DNA of 64,000 bases, taken from assembly GCA_963808235.1 (NCBI GenBank), contig CAWEEQ010000004.1, forward strand, positions 2,464,001 to 2,528,000, written 5' to 3'. Numbering within the stretch: position 1 is the stretch's first letter; each line of letters opens with the position of its first letter. The DNA comes from an uncultured delta proteobacterium. Lineage in GTDB: Bacteria; Desulfobacterota; Binatia; Binatales; Binataceae. The notes under the pieces were generated by a model. That model made no database searches. It saw only the letters and a program-made list of their open reading frames with translations, and was not told the origin of the DNA. This document shows positions 28,414 through 38,823 of the stretch, in pieces. The position numbers were made by a program, and so were the translations under genes.

Positions 28414-30840
28414 TTACAGGCTTACTCGCCGCAGCCTGAGCGCGTTGGCGATTACGGACACGGAGCTCAGACTCATCGCGGCGCTTGCGATTACCGGACT
28501 CAGCAGCAGGCCGAATGCCGGATAGAGAACGCCGGCGGCGACGGGTATGCCAACCACGTTGTAGAAGAACGCAAAGAAAAGATTCTGCCGGATGTTACTC
28601 ATCGTCGCCCGGCTCAAGTGCCGCGCCTTCGCGATACCGCGCAAGTCGCCCTTGACCAGCGTGATTCCCGCGCTCTCCATCGCCACGTCGGTGCCGGTGC
28701 CCATCGCGATACCAACCTGCGCCTGTGCCAGCGCGGGTGCGTCGTTGATACCGTCGCCGGCCATCGCGACGATTCGCCCCTGCGACTGCAATCGCTTCAC
28801 CACCGAGGCTTTCTGATCGGGCATCACCTCTGCCTCGACCTGGTCGATGCCGAGTTTTTTCGCGACCGCCGCCGCGGTGATTCGATTGTCGCCAGTCAAG
28901 ACGACGATCCTGACGCCGTCATCCCGGAGCATCTTGATTGCTTCCGCGGTCGACGCCTTGATTGGATCGGCAACGCCAATCAGCCCCGCTGGGCGTCCGT
29001 CGATCGCGACGAACATCACGGTGTGGCCATCTTTTCGCTGCGTGTCCGCATCGGTGGAGACTGCGTCGAACCCAACGCCGAGCTCGCGCATCATGTGCTG
29101 ATTTCCCAGCGCAACGGCGCGCCCCTCGATGCGCCCGCTGACACCCTGGCCGGTCACCGACTTGAAATCCTCGGCCGGCGCGAGCTGAAGCCCGCGCGCC
29201 TCCGCGCCCGCGACGATCGCCGCCGCCAGAGGATGCTCACTGCCGCGCTCGAGGCTTGCGGCCAGCCGCAAAACGTCGGCCTCGGTGAAACCGGCGAGCG
29301 GGGTCACTGACACCAGGCGCGGTTTTCCTTCGGTCAGAGTTCCGGTCTTATCGACGACGAGCGTGTTCACCTTCTCGAGAATCTCGAGCGCTTCGGCGTT
29401 CTTGATCAGCACGCCCGCGGTCGCGCCGCGTCCGGTGCCGACCATGATCGACATCGGAGTTGCAAGCCCGAGCGCGCATGGACACGCGATAATCAGAACC
29501 GCGACCGCGTTCACGATCGCGTAGGCCATCCGCGGCTGCGGGCCGACGATCGACCACACGATGAAGGTAATCGCAGCAGCCACTATGACTGCCGGCACAA
29601 AGTACGATGCGACCACGTCGGCAAGGCGCTGAATCGGAGCGCGGCTGCGTTGCGCCTCACTCACCATGCGCACGATCTGCGCGAGGATCGTCTCGCTCCC
29701 GACCCGCTCGGCACGCATGATGAACCCGCCAGTCCCGTTGATAGTCGCGCCAATCACACGGTCGCTCGCTTTTTTCTCGACTGGAATCGGCTCTCCGGTA
29801 ACCATCGATTCGTCAACCGAGCTGGTCCCTTCAACTACGACCCCGTCGACAGGAACTTTCTCGCCCGGCCGCACGCGCAACCGATCGTTCGGGACGACGC
29901 GATCGAGTGCGACATCCTCCTCTCGCCCGTCGAGCCTGATCACGCGCGCGGTCTTCGGCGCCAATCCGAGCAGCGCCCTGATCGCACTGCCCGTATTGCT
30001 GCGCGCGCGCAACTCCAAGACCTGGCCGAGCAGCACCAGCGCGGTGATCGCGGACGCAGCCTCGAAGTAGACCGGCACGACACCATCGGCGCCGCGGAAC
30101 GAATCGGGAAATAAATTCGGGAAGACGGCCGCGAAGAGGCTGTATCCGTACGCGACCCCAACGCCCATCGCGATCAAGGTGAACATGTTGAGGCTGCGAT
30201 TGATGATCGAATTCCAGCCGCGGACGAACAGCGGCGATCCCGCCCACATCACCGCCGGAGTCGCGAGCCCGAGCTCGATCCACGTTCGCGCCGACGCGGG
30301 CATCACGCGCTGAATCGAAAATCCCGGGATCATGTCCGACATTTCGATCAATACCAGCGGCACCGCGAGCGCCATTGCGATCCAGAAGCGCCGCGTCATA
30401 TCGGCGAGTTCCGGAGACGGCTCGTCGCCGGCGCTCACTACGCGCGGCTCGAGTGTCATTCCGCAGATCGGACAGTTGCCCGGCTCGGAGCGGACGATCT
30501 GCGGATGCATCGGGCAGACGTATTCGGTTTTCGAAACCGTCTGGATCGGCGCGACAGGTTCGAGCGCCATCCCGCACTTCGGACACGACCCAGAACCGTA
30601 CTGCCGAACCTCGGGATGCATGGGGCAGGTGTATAAAGAAGCGCTCGTCGTAACCTTCGCGGGAGCGCTGGTCTTCGCTGGCGCCGCGCGATTCAGGTAG
30701 GTGTCAGGATCGTTCTTGAATTTCTCGAGACAGCGGACGCCGCAGAAATGGTAGGTCGTGCCCTTGTATTCAAACGATCCGGCGCTCTTCGCAGGATCGA
30801 CTTGCATCCCGCAAACTGGATCGACAACTTTGCCACTCAT
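28414..30840 (-). CDS. copA: Copper-translocating P1B-type ATPase with YHS domain and two CPMHP heavy-metal-binding domains
   Basis: DPVCGM, YTCPMHP/YVCPMHP, TGE, CPC, DKTGT, GDGIND, YN and MSLSS. Confidence 0.95.
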   Translation of the reverse strand: MSGKVVDPVCGMQVDPAKSAGSFEYKGTTYHFCGVRCLEKFKNDPDTYLNRAAPAKTSAPAKVTTSASLYTCPMHPEVRQYGSGSCPKCGMALEPVAPIQTVSKTEYVCPMHPQIVRSEPGNCPICGMTLEPRVVSAGDEPSPELADMTRRFWIAMALAVPLVLIEMSDMIPGFSIQRVMPASARTWIELGLATPAVMWAGSPLFVRGWNSIINRSLNMFTLIAMGVGVAYGYSLFAAVFPNLFPDSFRGADGVVPVYFEAASAITALVLLGQVLELRARSNTGSAIRALLGLAPKTARVIRLDGREEDVALDRVVPNDRLRVRPGEKVPVDGVVVEGTSSVDESMVTGEPIPVEKKASDRVIGATINGTGGFIMRAERVGSETILAQIVRMVSEAQRSRAPIQRLADVVASYFVPAVIVAAAITFIVWSIVGPQPRMAYAIVNAVAVLIIACPCALGLATPMSIMVGTGRGATAGVLIKNAEALEILEKVNTLVVDKTGTLTEGKPRLVSVTPLAGFTEADVLRLAASLERGSEHPLAAAIVAGAEARGLQLAPAEDFKSVTGQGVSGRIEGRAVALGNQHMMRELGVGFDAVSTDADTQRKDGHTVMFVAIDGRPAGLIGVADPIKASTAEAIKMLRDDGVRIVVLTGDNRITAAAVAKKLGIDQVEAEVMPDQKASVVKRLQSQGRIVAMAGDGINDAPALAQAQVGIAMGTGTDVAMESAGITLVKGDLRGIAKARHLSRATMSNIRQNLFFAFFYNVVGIPVAAGVLYPAFGLLLSPVIASAAMSLSSVSVIANALRLRRVSL

Positions 30841-30963
30841 TGGACGATCATTTTATCAGCAGCTGGCGTGCGGAGTCTCATCGGAAACGCGCGCGGTCGC
30901 GCGCTCCGGCAGCGAGCTTTCGTGGTGCGAGGTGCGGGCGTCGATGCGCTCGTTAAGCGCGGG

Positions 30964-31581
30964 TCACGCGTTCTTGCGCGCGATGATCACGGTATGCACC
31001 GACATGGGACTGATCTTCTCGTTGCGTTCGAGCGTGATCGGATGTCCCGTCAGCACATCCTTCTTGCGCAACTTCGTGGTCCATCCCAGGTGTAGCGTGA
31101 TCGGATTGACGATCGAGTTGAGCGCCGCGACGATTGGCTTGCTGCTCTGAAAATGCGTCGTGATCGCGATCCTGCCGCCCGGCTTACAGACCCGGATCAT
31201 CTCCGACATCATCCGGTTCGGATCGGGGACCACCGTCAGAACGTGGAAGCTGGTGACGTAGTCGAAGCTGTTGTCGGGAAAATCGAGGTTGAGCGCGTCT
31301 CCGATCTTGAGCTCGATATGACCCCAGTTGTTCTCGGTGACTCGCTTGGTGGCGCGCTTGAGCATGTCGGCCGATGGATCGATCGCGACGACATGTGCGT
31401 AAGGAGGATAGCCGCCGAGCGCGATTCCAGTCCCGACTCCGACCTCGAGCACGCGATTACCCGGTCTGAGATTCAGACCTTCGATAACCTCATGCTCGCG
31501 ATCGACAAAAACCCGCCCGAAGAAAAAATCGTAGAAACGAGCCAGGTCTGAATAGACGCGGCTCTGATGCGGTTCGGCCAT
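30964..31581 (-). CDS. Class I SAM methyltransferase (PmtA-like phospholipid N-methyltransferase)
   Basis: VLEVGVGTG motif; YD.FFG, VVPDP..MM.EM.RVCKPGG. Confidence 0.8.
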   Translation of the reverse strand: MAEPHQSRVYSDLARFYDFFFGRVFVDREHEVIEGLNLRPGNRVLEVGVGTGIALGGYPPYAHVVAIDPSADMLKRATKRVTENNWGHIELKIGDALNLDFPDNSFDYVTSFHVLTVVPDPNRMMSEMIRVCKPGGRIAITTHFQSSKPIVAALNSIVNPITLHLGWTTKLRKKDVLTGHPITLERNEKISPMSVHTVIIARKNA

Positions 31582-31724
31582 TGCTAGTTTTCCTTATGAT
31601 GCACTTGTTGAGGTGGCGCAGGAAATTATGGCAAGGCGTTGTTGAAAGGCAAAGACGAGCTGCGAAGTTCGCCTTCACCGCAGCCGCACTCAAACTCAAT
31701 CGCAACTGGTCTGCAGAACGATAC

Positions 31725-31919
31725 CTACGCCGCCGCGTTGATACCTCGCAACTGACGTTTGACTGAAGTTATATCTCGTTTCCGAAATCGCCACTGACGG
31801 CCCTTTTTAAAAGCCGGAATAATATTTCGGCGCGCAAATTCGTTGACGGTGTCGGGACTGAGGTCGAGTAAAAATGCGACCTCGCGGGAATTCAGTAGAA
31901 TATCGTCTTTATCGGCCAT
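31725..31919 (-). CDS. Excisionase-family helix-turn-helix protein (HTH_17)
   Basis: LLNSREVAFLL..S..TV......IPAFK.GRQWRF. Confidence 0.85.
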   Translation of the reverse strand: MADKDDILLNSREVAFLLDLSPDTVNEFARRNIIPAFKKGRQWRFRKRDITSVKRQLRGINAAA

Positions 31920-32142
31920 GTCAGTCCAACAAGACGCCTTCCTTTTGGGGATTTTGTCAGGACGCGATTTTTTAGTATGCGCGTAACGGTGATGTCAAGA
32001 TAAGAGCCGCCGCCAACTAAAATTTGTTAAAGAATTGGTTCTCTCGGCGCTGACCACTTAACCCCGGCCTGAGTTCGCGCTGATAGCAAACCTCCAACTG
32101 TACCACTATGACGTTCTTTAAAGTCTTTAAACAGTTAAATAG

Positions 32143-33810
32143 TTAAACACTAATCGCGTTGAGTTTCCGAATCGATATCCGGTAATCGTACCAAGCTCTG
32201 GTTACCACAATACAGGAAAACAGGCCGGTCAGCACTCCGACGCATAGAGTGACGGCGAAGCCCTTCACCGGGCCGGTTCCGAACTGGAACAGAATCAGGC
32301 CCGCGACGAAGGTCGAGATATTCGAATCGCGAATCGCCGACCATGCGCGATCGTAGCCGAGCTTGACTGCCTCGCGCGGAGATTTTCCGGCGCGCAGCTC
32401 CTCGCGCATTCGTTCGTTGACCAGCACGTTCGCATCGACGGACATTCCCAGCGTCAGCACGATCCCCGCGATCCCGGGCAGCGTCAGCGTAGCCTGCAGC
32501 GCTGCCATCACGCAGATGAGCAGCAGGATGTTCAGCGAGAGGCCGAAGTCGGCCAGCAGTCCGGCGCCGCTATAGTAGATGGCCATGAAGATCAGCACCG
32601 CGCCCGCGCCAATCACGAAGGACATTTCGCCCTGGCGAATCGAATCGCGGCCGAGCGACGGTCCGACGGTGCGCTCCTCTTCGATCGTCACCGGCGCCGG
32701 CAATGCGCCCGAGCGCAGCACGATTGCGAGGTCGTGCGCTTCTTCCATCGAGAAGCGTCCGGTGATCTGCACGTGCCCGCCGGGAATTCGCTCTTTAATG
32801 ACCGGCGCGGAATAGACCGTGTTGTCGAGCACGATCGCGAGCCGCCGGCCGACGTTCTCCAACGTCATCGCGTCGAAGATCCCGGCGCCGCGGGCGTCGA
32901 GTTCCACCGACACGTAAGGACCTTCGAGCCGTCCGCCGGGACGCACGCGCGCGTCGGTCACGGTGTCGCCGGTCATCAGCACCGGCGACTCTACGAGGTA
33001 AGGCTCCTTGCCGCCGCGCTCCGCCGTGCCGTACAACACTTCATCGCCCGGCGGCGCACCGTCTTTGATCGCATCCTGAACGGGATGCGAATCATCGACC
33101 AGCTTGAATTCGAGCACCGCGGTCTTGCCGATCAGCTCCTTGGCGCGCTCGGGATCCTGGATTCCCGGCAACTGTACCAGGATTTCGTTGTCGCCCTCTT
33201 TCGCGACCGTCGTTTCGCGCACGCCCAGTTGATCGATTCGATTGCGAATCGTTTCCAGCGCCTGGTCCATCGCGAAGGTCCGGATCTGCTGCAGCTCCTG
33301 CGGCTTATATGCCAGCGAATATGCGGCCCCGGCGGCGCTCGAATCCTCGCCGCTCGACACGGTCAGATCCGGAAACGATTTCTGCGCGAGATCGAGAAAT
33401 GCGGACCGATCGGATGCCGACTTCAGCTTGACGATCAAATTCCCCGACTTGTCGACAGACACGTCGTCGAAATCGATCTTGTTGGACTTGAGTTCATGCT
33501 TTAAGTCATCGGCGCGCCGGCGCAGTTGCGTCTTCACCGCCTCGTCGAGCTCGACGGCCATCAGCAGATGCGTTCCGCCCTGCAGGTCGAGGCCGAGCTG
33601 AATTTTGGTCGCGCCGAATCCGGCCTTGAACCAGTCGGGCAAATCGACATTGAGGCTCGGCAGCAGGATTAGAATCGCCGCCAGCACGATTCCGCCGGCC
33701 AGGTATATTCGCGTGAGCCCGCTTCCGTTGGTGAAGTGCATGTAGAGAAAGGAGACGATTAGCACCAACAGGATAAGGATCGGACCGAAACTTTGAGTCT
33801 GATTTTCCAC
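32143..33810 (-). CDS. secD: Protein translocase subunit SecD
   Basis: LGLDLQGG, IRNRIDQLGV, LRSGALP, TLPGIAG, VDANV. Confidence 0.96.
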   Translation of the reverse strand: MENQTQSFGPILILLVLIVSFLYMHFTNGSGLTRIYLAGGIVLAAILILLPSLNVDLPDWFKAGFGATKIQLGLDLQGGTHLLMAVELDEAVKTQLRRRADDLKHELKSNKIDFDDVSVDKSGNLIVKLKSASDRSAFLDLAQKSFPDLTVSSGEDSSAAGAAYSLAYKPQELQQIRTFAMDQALETIRNRIDQLGVRETTVAKEGDNEILVQLPGIQDPERAKELIGKTAVLEFKLVDDSHPVQDAIKDGAPPGDEVLYGTAERGGKEPYLVESPVLMTGDTVTDARVRPGGRLEGPYVSVELDARGAGIFDAMTLENVGRRLAIVLDNTVYSAPVIKERIPGGHVQITGRFSMEEAHDLAIVLRSGALPAPVTIEEERTVGPSLGRDSIRQGEMSFVIGAGAVLIFMAIYYSGAGLLADFGLSLNILLLICVMAALQATLTLPGIAGIVLTLGMSVDANVLVNERMREELRAGKSPREAVKLGYDRAWSAIRDSNISTFVAGLILFQFGTGPVKGFAVTLCVGVLTGLFSCIVVTRAWYDYRISIRKLNAISV

Positions 33811-33822
33811 TATTGATAGTTC

Positions 33823-34191
33823 CTACTTGTCGTCTTTCTTCGACGAGGCCGTCTTTCCGTAGCTCGATATCGACGCGATTTGCGGCCGCTCGACCCGCAG
33901 CCGCACGTTGGGCGCGACCTCCATCGTGATCACCTTGTCACCAACGTCGGTTATTCGCCCGATTATGCCGCCGGTCGTCACAACCTCGTCGTTGCGCTTC
34001 AATGCGCCCAGCATCTTGGCCGTCTCCTGCGCCTTCCGGTTCTGCGGGCGGAAGACCAGGAAGTACATGACCCCGACCACCAGCGCCATGATCGGCCCCG
34101 GCCCGGTCATCAACTGCTCGACGAAGCTCGGCCCTCCGCCGGCCGGCGCGGCCGCCGCCGCCTGCGCCCACGCGGTTCCTTCAAAAAGCAT
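33823..34191 (-). CDS. yajC: Preprotein translocase subunit YajC
   Basis: MYFLVFRPQ, DEVVTTGGIIG; synteny with tgt and secD. Confidence 0.95.
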   Translation of the reverse strand: MLFEGTAWAQAAAAAPAGGGPSFVEQLMTGPGPIMALVVGVMYFLVFRPQNRKAQETAKMLGALKRNDEVVTTGGIIGRITDVGDKVITMEVAPNVRLRVERPQIASISSYGKTASSKKDDK

Positions 34192-34197
34192 CAGTAA

Positions 34198-35346
34198 TTA
34201 TTCCTCGATAGCATCGGTCTTCGATTCGTCGGCGGGTGAGTCGTTCCACCCGGCGGACACTTCGGATGCGTACGCTTTGAAATTTCGCGATTCGATCGCA
34301 GCTTGCGCACCGCGCATCAGGTTCGCGTAGAAGTGCAGATTATGCTCCGTCAGCGCGCGCGCCGCGAGTATCTCGCCGGATAAATATAGATGACGCAGGT
34401 ACGCGCGTGAATGGCTCCGGCACGGGCGGCATCGGCAGTTCGGGTCGAGCGGCGCGGAGTCGCGCGCATGCACCGCATTTTTGATCGAGATTCGCCCCTC
34501 GCTCGTAAACGCGCATCCGTTGCGCGCGTTGCGGGTCGGCAGCACGCAATCGAACATATCGAAGCCCATCGCGATTGCAGCCAGCAGGTCCGACGGCGTG
34601 CCGACGCCCATCAGGTAGCGCGGTTTGTCGCGCGGGAGCATCGAGGCGGACAGCGCCGCCATCTCGAGCATCGCAGCCTTCGGCTCGCCGACCGAAAGAC
34701 CGCCGGCCGCGTAACCGTCGAATGGAATCGAGGTTATCTGCGCCGCGCTCAGGCGGCGCAAATCCGCGAACACACTCCCCTGCACGATTCCAAAAATCGC
34801 CTGCGTCGAGCTCTTGCGCGCCGCGATACTACGCTCGGCCCATCGCGTTGTAAGTTCGAGCGATTTCTGCGCCTGCCGATGCTCCGCCGGATACGGCGTG
34901 CATTCGTCGAGCGCCATCATGATATCGGCGCCGAGCTGTTCCTGAATTTCGACCGCGCTCTCGGGCGTCAGCATCAGCGGCGCGCCGTCGAGATGCGACT
35001 GGAAACGGATTCCTTTTTCGTCGATCGAATTGATCTTCGCGAGGCTCATCGCCTGAAAGCCGCCCGAGTCGGTCAGCACCGCGCCGCCGAATCCCATGAA
35101 GCGCGCCACGCCGCCCATCTCGCGCACCAGCTCCGCGCCGGGCCGAAGCGCCAGATGGTACGCGTTGGCGAGCACCAGCCGATATCCCATCGACCACAAC
35201 TCATCGGGCGCCATCGCCTTCACCGCGGCGCGGGTTCCGACCGGCATGAAGGCCGGGGTCGCGATCTCGCCATGCCCCGTCAGCAGGCGTCCGGTGCGCG
35301 CGCCGCCGTCGCTCGCGGTGACGGTGAATTCGATTGGCGTATTCAT
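34198..35346 (-). CDS. tgt: tRNA-guanine transglycosylase
   Basis: TPAFMPVGT, TDSGGFQ, PRYLMGVG, Zn CxCxxC. Confidence 0.96.
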   Translation of the reverse strand: MNTPIEFTVTASDGGARTGRLLTGHGEIATPAFMPVGTRAAVKAMAPDELWSMGYRLVLANAYHLALRPGAELVREMGGVARFMGFGGAVLTDSGGFQAMSLAKINSIDEKGIRFQSHLDGAPLMLTPESAVEIQEQLGADIMMALDECTPYPAEHRQAQKSLELTTRWAERSIAARKSSTQAIFGIVQGSVFADLRRLSAAQITSIPFDGYAAGGLSVGEPKAAMLEMAALSASMLPRDKPRYLMGVGTPSDLLAAIAMGFDMFDCVLPTRNARNGCAFTSEGRISIKNAVHARDSAPLDPNCRCRPCRSHSRAYLRHLYLSGEILAARALTEHNLHFYANLMRGAQAAIESRNFKAYASEVSAGWNDSPADESKTDAIEE

Positions 35347-35353
35347 CGCGAGA

Positions 35354-36406
35354 TCACACAATCAGCATCGCGTCGCCGTAGCTGAGGAAGCGGTAGCGAT
35401 GGCGAATCGCGTCGCGATACGCCGCGAGCAGTTGCTCGCGCCCCGCAAACGCCATCGCGAGCGCCAGCACGGTGGTTCGCGGCATGTGAAAATTCGTGAG
35501 CATCGCGTCTGCCAGCTTGAAGCGAAATCCCGGATGAATAAAGAGCCCAGTAAAGCCCTCCGCGTCGCCGGTTATCGCATACGACTCGAGCGCGCGCGTA
35601 GAACTGGTGCCCACCGTGATTACCCGGCCGCCAATTCGCCGCGTATGCTCGATCGCTTCGCGCGTCGATTCCGGAATCGTGTACCATTCGGATTCCATCG
35701 AATGGCTCTCGACCTCGACCGCGCGCACCGGCGCGAACGTCCCCGGGCCAATATGCAACGTCACGGTCGCGGTGCGGACTCCCGCGTTGGCCATCTCTTT
35801 GAAAACGTCATCGGTAAAATGAAGCCCCGCGGTGGGCGCCGCGATCGCACCAGGCTGCGACGCATAGACCGTCTGGTAGTCGTCGATATCGGCCGGCGCG
35901 ACGCTGCGATGTATATAATGAGGCAGCGCCAGCGTGCCGTCGCGTTCGAGGATTTGCTCGATCGAGGTGTCGTCATCGCTCACGACGATCGGCCGGCCCG
36001 GGCGCGCGTATCCCACGACTCGCAGCGCATGCCCATCGCTTAAGACGAGGCGCGAATTCTCCTTCAGCACGCGATGCGTCCGCACGAGTGCCACCCACGC
36101 GCCGGCGGGAACTTCGATGCGCCCGAGGTGCCCTTCGACAGGCCCGTCGGCTGGCCGCACCAGCAGCAACTCGACGCGCCCGCCCGACTCCTTCTGCGCG
36201 AACAGCCGCGCGGGCAGCACGCGAGTATCGTTGATCACGACCAGGTCGCCCGCTCGCAGATGCCGCACGAGCTTGTAAAATCGCGAGTGATCGATCGTTT
36301 TGGCTTTGCGATCCAGCACCAGCAAGCGAGCTTCATCGCGCCGCGCAATCGGCTCCTGCGCGATCAGCTCTTCAGGCAGTTCGTAGTCGAGTTCAGAAAG
36401 TCGCAT
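35354..36406 (-). CDS. queA: SAM:tRNA ribosyltransferase-isomerase
   Basis: LPEELIAQEP, YQTVYA, AAPTAGLHF, NFHMPR, YRFLSYGDAMLI. Confidence 0.96.
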   Translation of the reverse strand: MRLSELDYELPEELIAQEPIARRDEARLLVLDRKAKTIDHSRFYKLVRHLRAGDLVVINDTRVLPARLFAQKESGGRVELLLVRPADGPVEGHLGRIEVPAGAWVALVRTHRVLKENSRLVLSDGHALRVVGYARPGRPIVVSDDDTSIEQILERDGTLALPHYIHRSVAPADIDDYQTVYASQPGAIAAPTAGLHFTDDVFKEMANAGVRTATVTLHIGPGTFAPVRAVEVESHSMESEWYTIPESTREAIEHTRRIGGRVITVGTSSTRALESYAITGDAEGFTGLFIHPGFRFKLADAMLTNFHMPRTTVLALAMAFAGREQLLAAYRDAIRHRYRFLSYGDAMLIV

Positions 36407-36439
36407 CTAGGCGCGCGCCTTATGAGAAGCTCGGCGGCC

Positions 36440-37093
36440 TCAACTTCGATCGGTGACATCGGTCCAGGCAACGCGCACTTTTGCCGCGGCGGTTAGAGAA
36501 TCGCGCACCTCGGCCTCGCCGATCGGCGCGTAACCCGCTGCGCGAAGGATCTCGGCTGCCGATTCAGCTTCGAGCGCGCGCTTCCCGAGCAGAAAAGGGC
36601 CGGGTGCGTAGCAACTCAAAATCAGCCGCCCGCCGTGCTTGAGGTAGAGACGAGCGAGACGCGCGACCAGCGCCGATCGCTTCTCCATCGGAACCGAGTC
36701 TGCCAGCGCGGTGACATAGTCGAAACGGATCGGCGGCTCGAACTCCATCACGTTCCCGGTCCAGATTCGGGCTGCCCAATGCGGGAGCCGTATACGCGCC
36801 CGCTCCGCAATCCGCCCCGAGAGGTCGAGCCCATATGGTTCGACACGATGGCCCTTCTCCGCGAGCCACGCGGTCAAAGTTTCCATCAGGAAGCCATTCG
36901 CGCAGCCGATGTCGAGCCAGGTGCCGGAGCGATCGAAAGCGCTGGCGATCACGCGCCGCTTGGCTTCCCACCTCGCCATGTCTCCGGACGATCCCGAGCC
37001 GCCGAAGACGTCGCCGCGCTCATCCGCCGAGACGTAGGAGTCTTCGAGCAATGCCCGAACGCGCTCGTAATATTCGTCAGACTGAGGGGTCAT
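36440..37093 (-). CDS. Class I SAM-dependent methyltransferase
   Basis: WLDIGCANG motif I. Confidence 0.82.
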   Translation of the reverse strand: MTPQSDEYYERVRALLEDSYVSADERGDVFGGSGSSGDMARWEAKRRVIASAFDRSGTWLDIGCANGFLMETLTAWLAEKGHRVEPYGLDLSGRIAERARIRLPHWAARIWTGNVMEFEPPIRFDYVTALADSVPMEKRSALVARLARLYLKHGGRLILSCYAPGPFLLGKRALEAESAAEILRAAGYAPIGEAEVRDSLTAAAKVRVAWTDVTDRS

Positions 37094-37149
37094 CTATCAT
37101 AACAGTAGCAGCACGGGCGCAACTGCGGCGACATCGGAGCCGCTCCGGG

Positions 37150-37185
37150 TAGTGGGTGCAAGGGTCACCCCTGCTCACCCCTGCT
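37150..37185. repeat. Degenerate repeat family B core
   Basis: TGGGTGCAAGGGTCACCCCTGC, matches the core of 41699-41837. Confidence 0.6.
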
Positions 37186-38533
37186 AGAATGGGTAATTGA
37201 TGCCCGAGAAGACTGCGGCGCCCTGCCCGCCCCATCCGATATCCACGAAGCCGACCACGAACGGTTCCGCGATTCCGCGAAATCCGATCCCGCCCACCGG
37301 ATGCAGATCGGAGAACGGGTTGTAGCCCATTTCGTGCGCGACGCGCCCAGCTTCCGCAAAAGGGGCGAGCTCGAGGATTCCGTGGGTGCCGAAGATTTTC
37401 TTCTCCCAGACCCGGGTGCGCATCTCAACGTTCATGACGAACAGATTGTTGTCGATGTACCGGCCGGCACCGTAACCGCGCAGCGTTTCCTGATCGGTCA
37501 GCAAGCTCTCGTCGCCGCCCAACCGGGCCTGCGCCCAGAATGGCATCTCGTTCCCGGCCGGTTCGTACTCATTGAAAATATGGCCGGCAAAGGTGATCCG
37601 CTTGTCGACCGTGTAGAACTCGCGAAACTCGCCGCCGAAGCGAGTGTACGACGAGGTACTGCCGAAAGCGCGATCCGCAATACCGAAGTAGAGCCGCGCG
37701 AGCTGCCCCGACCGCGGGATGTCCACCGAGTCGCGCGAGTCGTATTGGATCATCGCCTGCGAAACAACTTCGCTGCCCCCGTTGATTCCCTTCTGATGCG
37801 GGAACAGCTTGTGAATGTCCGGCACCGACGTGAACCCGCCTTCCTGGATGCGCACATAGCGGGGACGTTCCATCAGCGAAGCCTGGATCTTATCGCTGAT
37901 GTTCCAGCCGAAAATCGCTTCACCGTAAACCTGCTGGGTCGTGTAGTTGGTCTGATTGCCCTGGTGAGAATTGTTGCCCACGCCGTAGAAGCGCTCGGTC
38001 GGGTCACGCTCGAAATAGAAGCGGCCCTCGAACGACCACCAATGCTTGTGCTCGCGGCCGGTCTGGTAATCGAGATCCACCTTGCGCGCGATAGTCTCCT
38101 GCCCGCCCGCGACCGTGTACCACTGCGTGTCCGCAGACGGATAAGCCAGGTAGCGAAAATTCCCGCCCGGTCCAAGGGTGCTGTTGGAGTTGATATCGGG
38201 CGCCAGGATGCTGGTGATCTCGTCGTGGCTGTCGGTGAACAACCAGACCGGCAGCACCCCATAAGTGACGCCGCCGTTCGGATCGGTCGCCACTTCCGGG
38301 ACCGGGATGAACGGCCACGTGTTCGGATTCAGCGCGTCGAACCCGTCAAACGCATGCGACCACGTGCTCGGCTCAATCAGGCTGAACCCGCGCTGTGCGG
38401 TCCCGGACTGTGCCGTCCCGGATGGCGCGGTCGAGGACTGCGCAATACCGGTCGGTGCAGTCTCGGCCTGTGCAGTCGCTGCGAAAACCACGAACGCGGT
38501 GACTAGTATGATTGATGCGAGAGTGCGCCGCAT
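37184..38533 (-). CDS. BamA/TamA (Omp85 surface antigen) family outer membrane beta-barrel
   Basis: Signal peptide, YDSRD, LRGY lid motif, C-terminal YPF. Confidence 0.85.
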   Translation of the reverse strand: MRRTLASIILVTAFVVFAATAQAETAPTGIAQSSTAPSGTAQSGTAQRGFSLIEPSTWSHAFDGFDALNPNTWPFIPVPEVATDPNGGVTYGVLPVWLFTDSHDEITSILAPDINSNSTLGPGGNFRYLAYPSADTQWYTVAGGQETIARKVDLDYQTGREHKHWWSFEGRFYFERDPTERFYGVGNNSHQGNQTNYTTQQVYGEAIFGWNISDKIQASLMERPRYVRIQEGGFTSVPDIHKLFPHQKGINGGSEVVSQAMIQYDSRDSVDIPRSGQLARLYFGIADRAFGSTSSYTRFGGEFREFYTVDKRITFAGHIFNEYEPAGNEMPFWAQARLGGDESLLTDQETLRGYGAGRYIDNNLFVMNVEMRTRVWEKKIFGTHGILELAPFAEAGRVAHEMGYNPFSDLHPVGGIGFRGIAEPFVVGFVDIGWGGQGAAVFSGINYPF

Positions 38534-38823
38534 TCTTTATCCTGGATATTTCCTTCCCGCTGTCTGAGTTCAGCTTCCCGCCACCCGTCTACCCCCATCA
38601 CCCATCCACCCGGAGCGCGTCGAGCCGATCTGGAACGAAGACGGATAAAAATTGACAGGCTTGCCCCGCGGGATCAACCCTTGAGTTCGTTTTTGAATTG
38701 CTGTCGATGCCTGGCGAGGCACGACGCTTTTGCGCGTCGCTCGCACGCGCGCTTTTCGGCGACGCGGTAAATGTGCAAGGATTCGGAGCAAGCGGAAAAT
38801 TTCCACAATAAGGAGCTTGAGTA

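Noticed and set aside
38540-38823. Possible TPP riboswitch before the TPP-dependent enzyme
   Set aside because: No recognisable CTGAGA / CCTGA conserved core in the right arrangement
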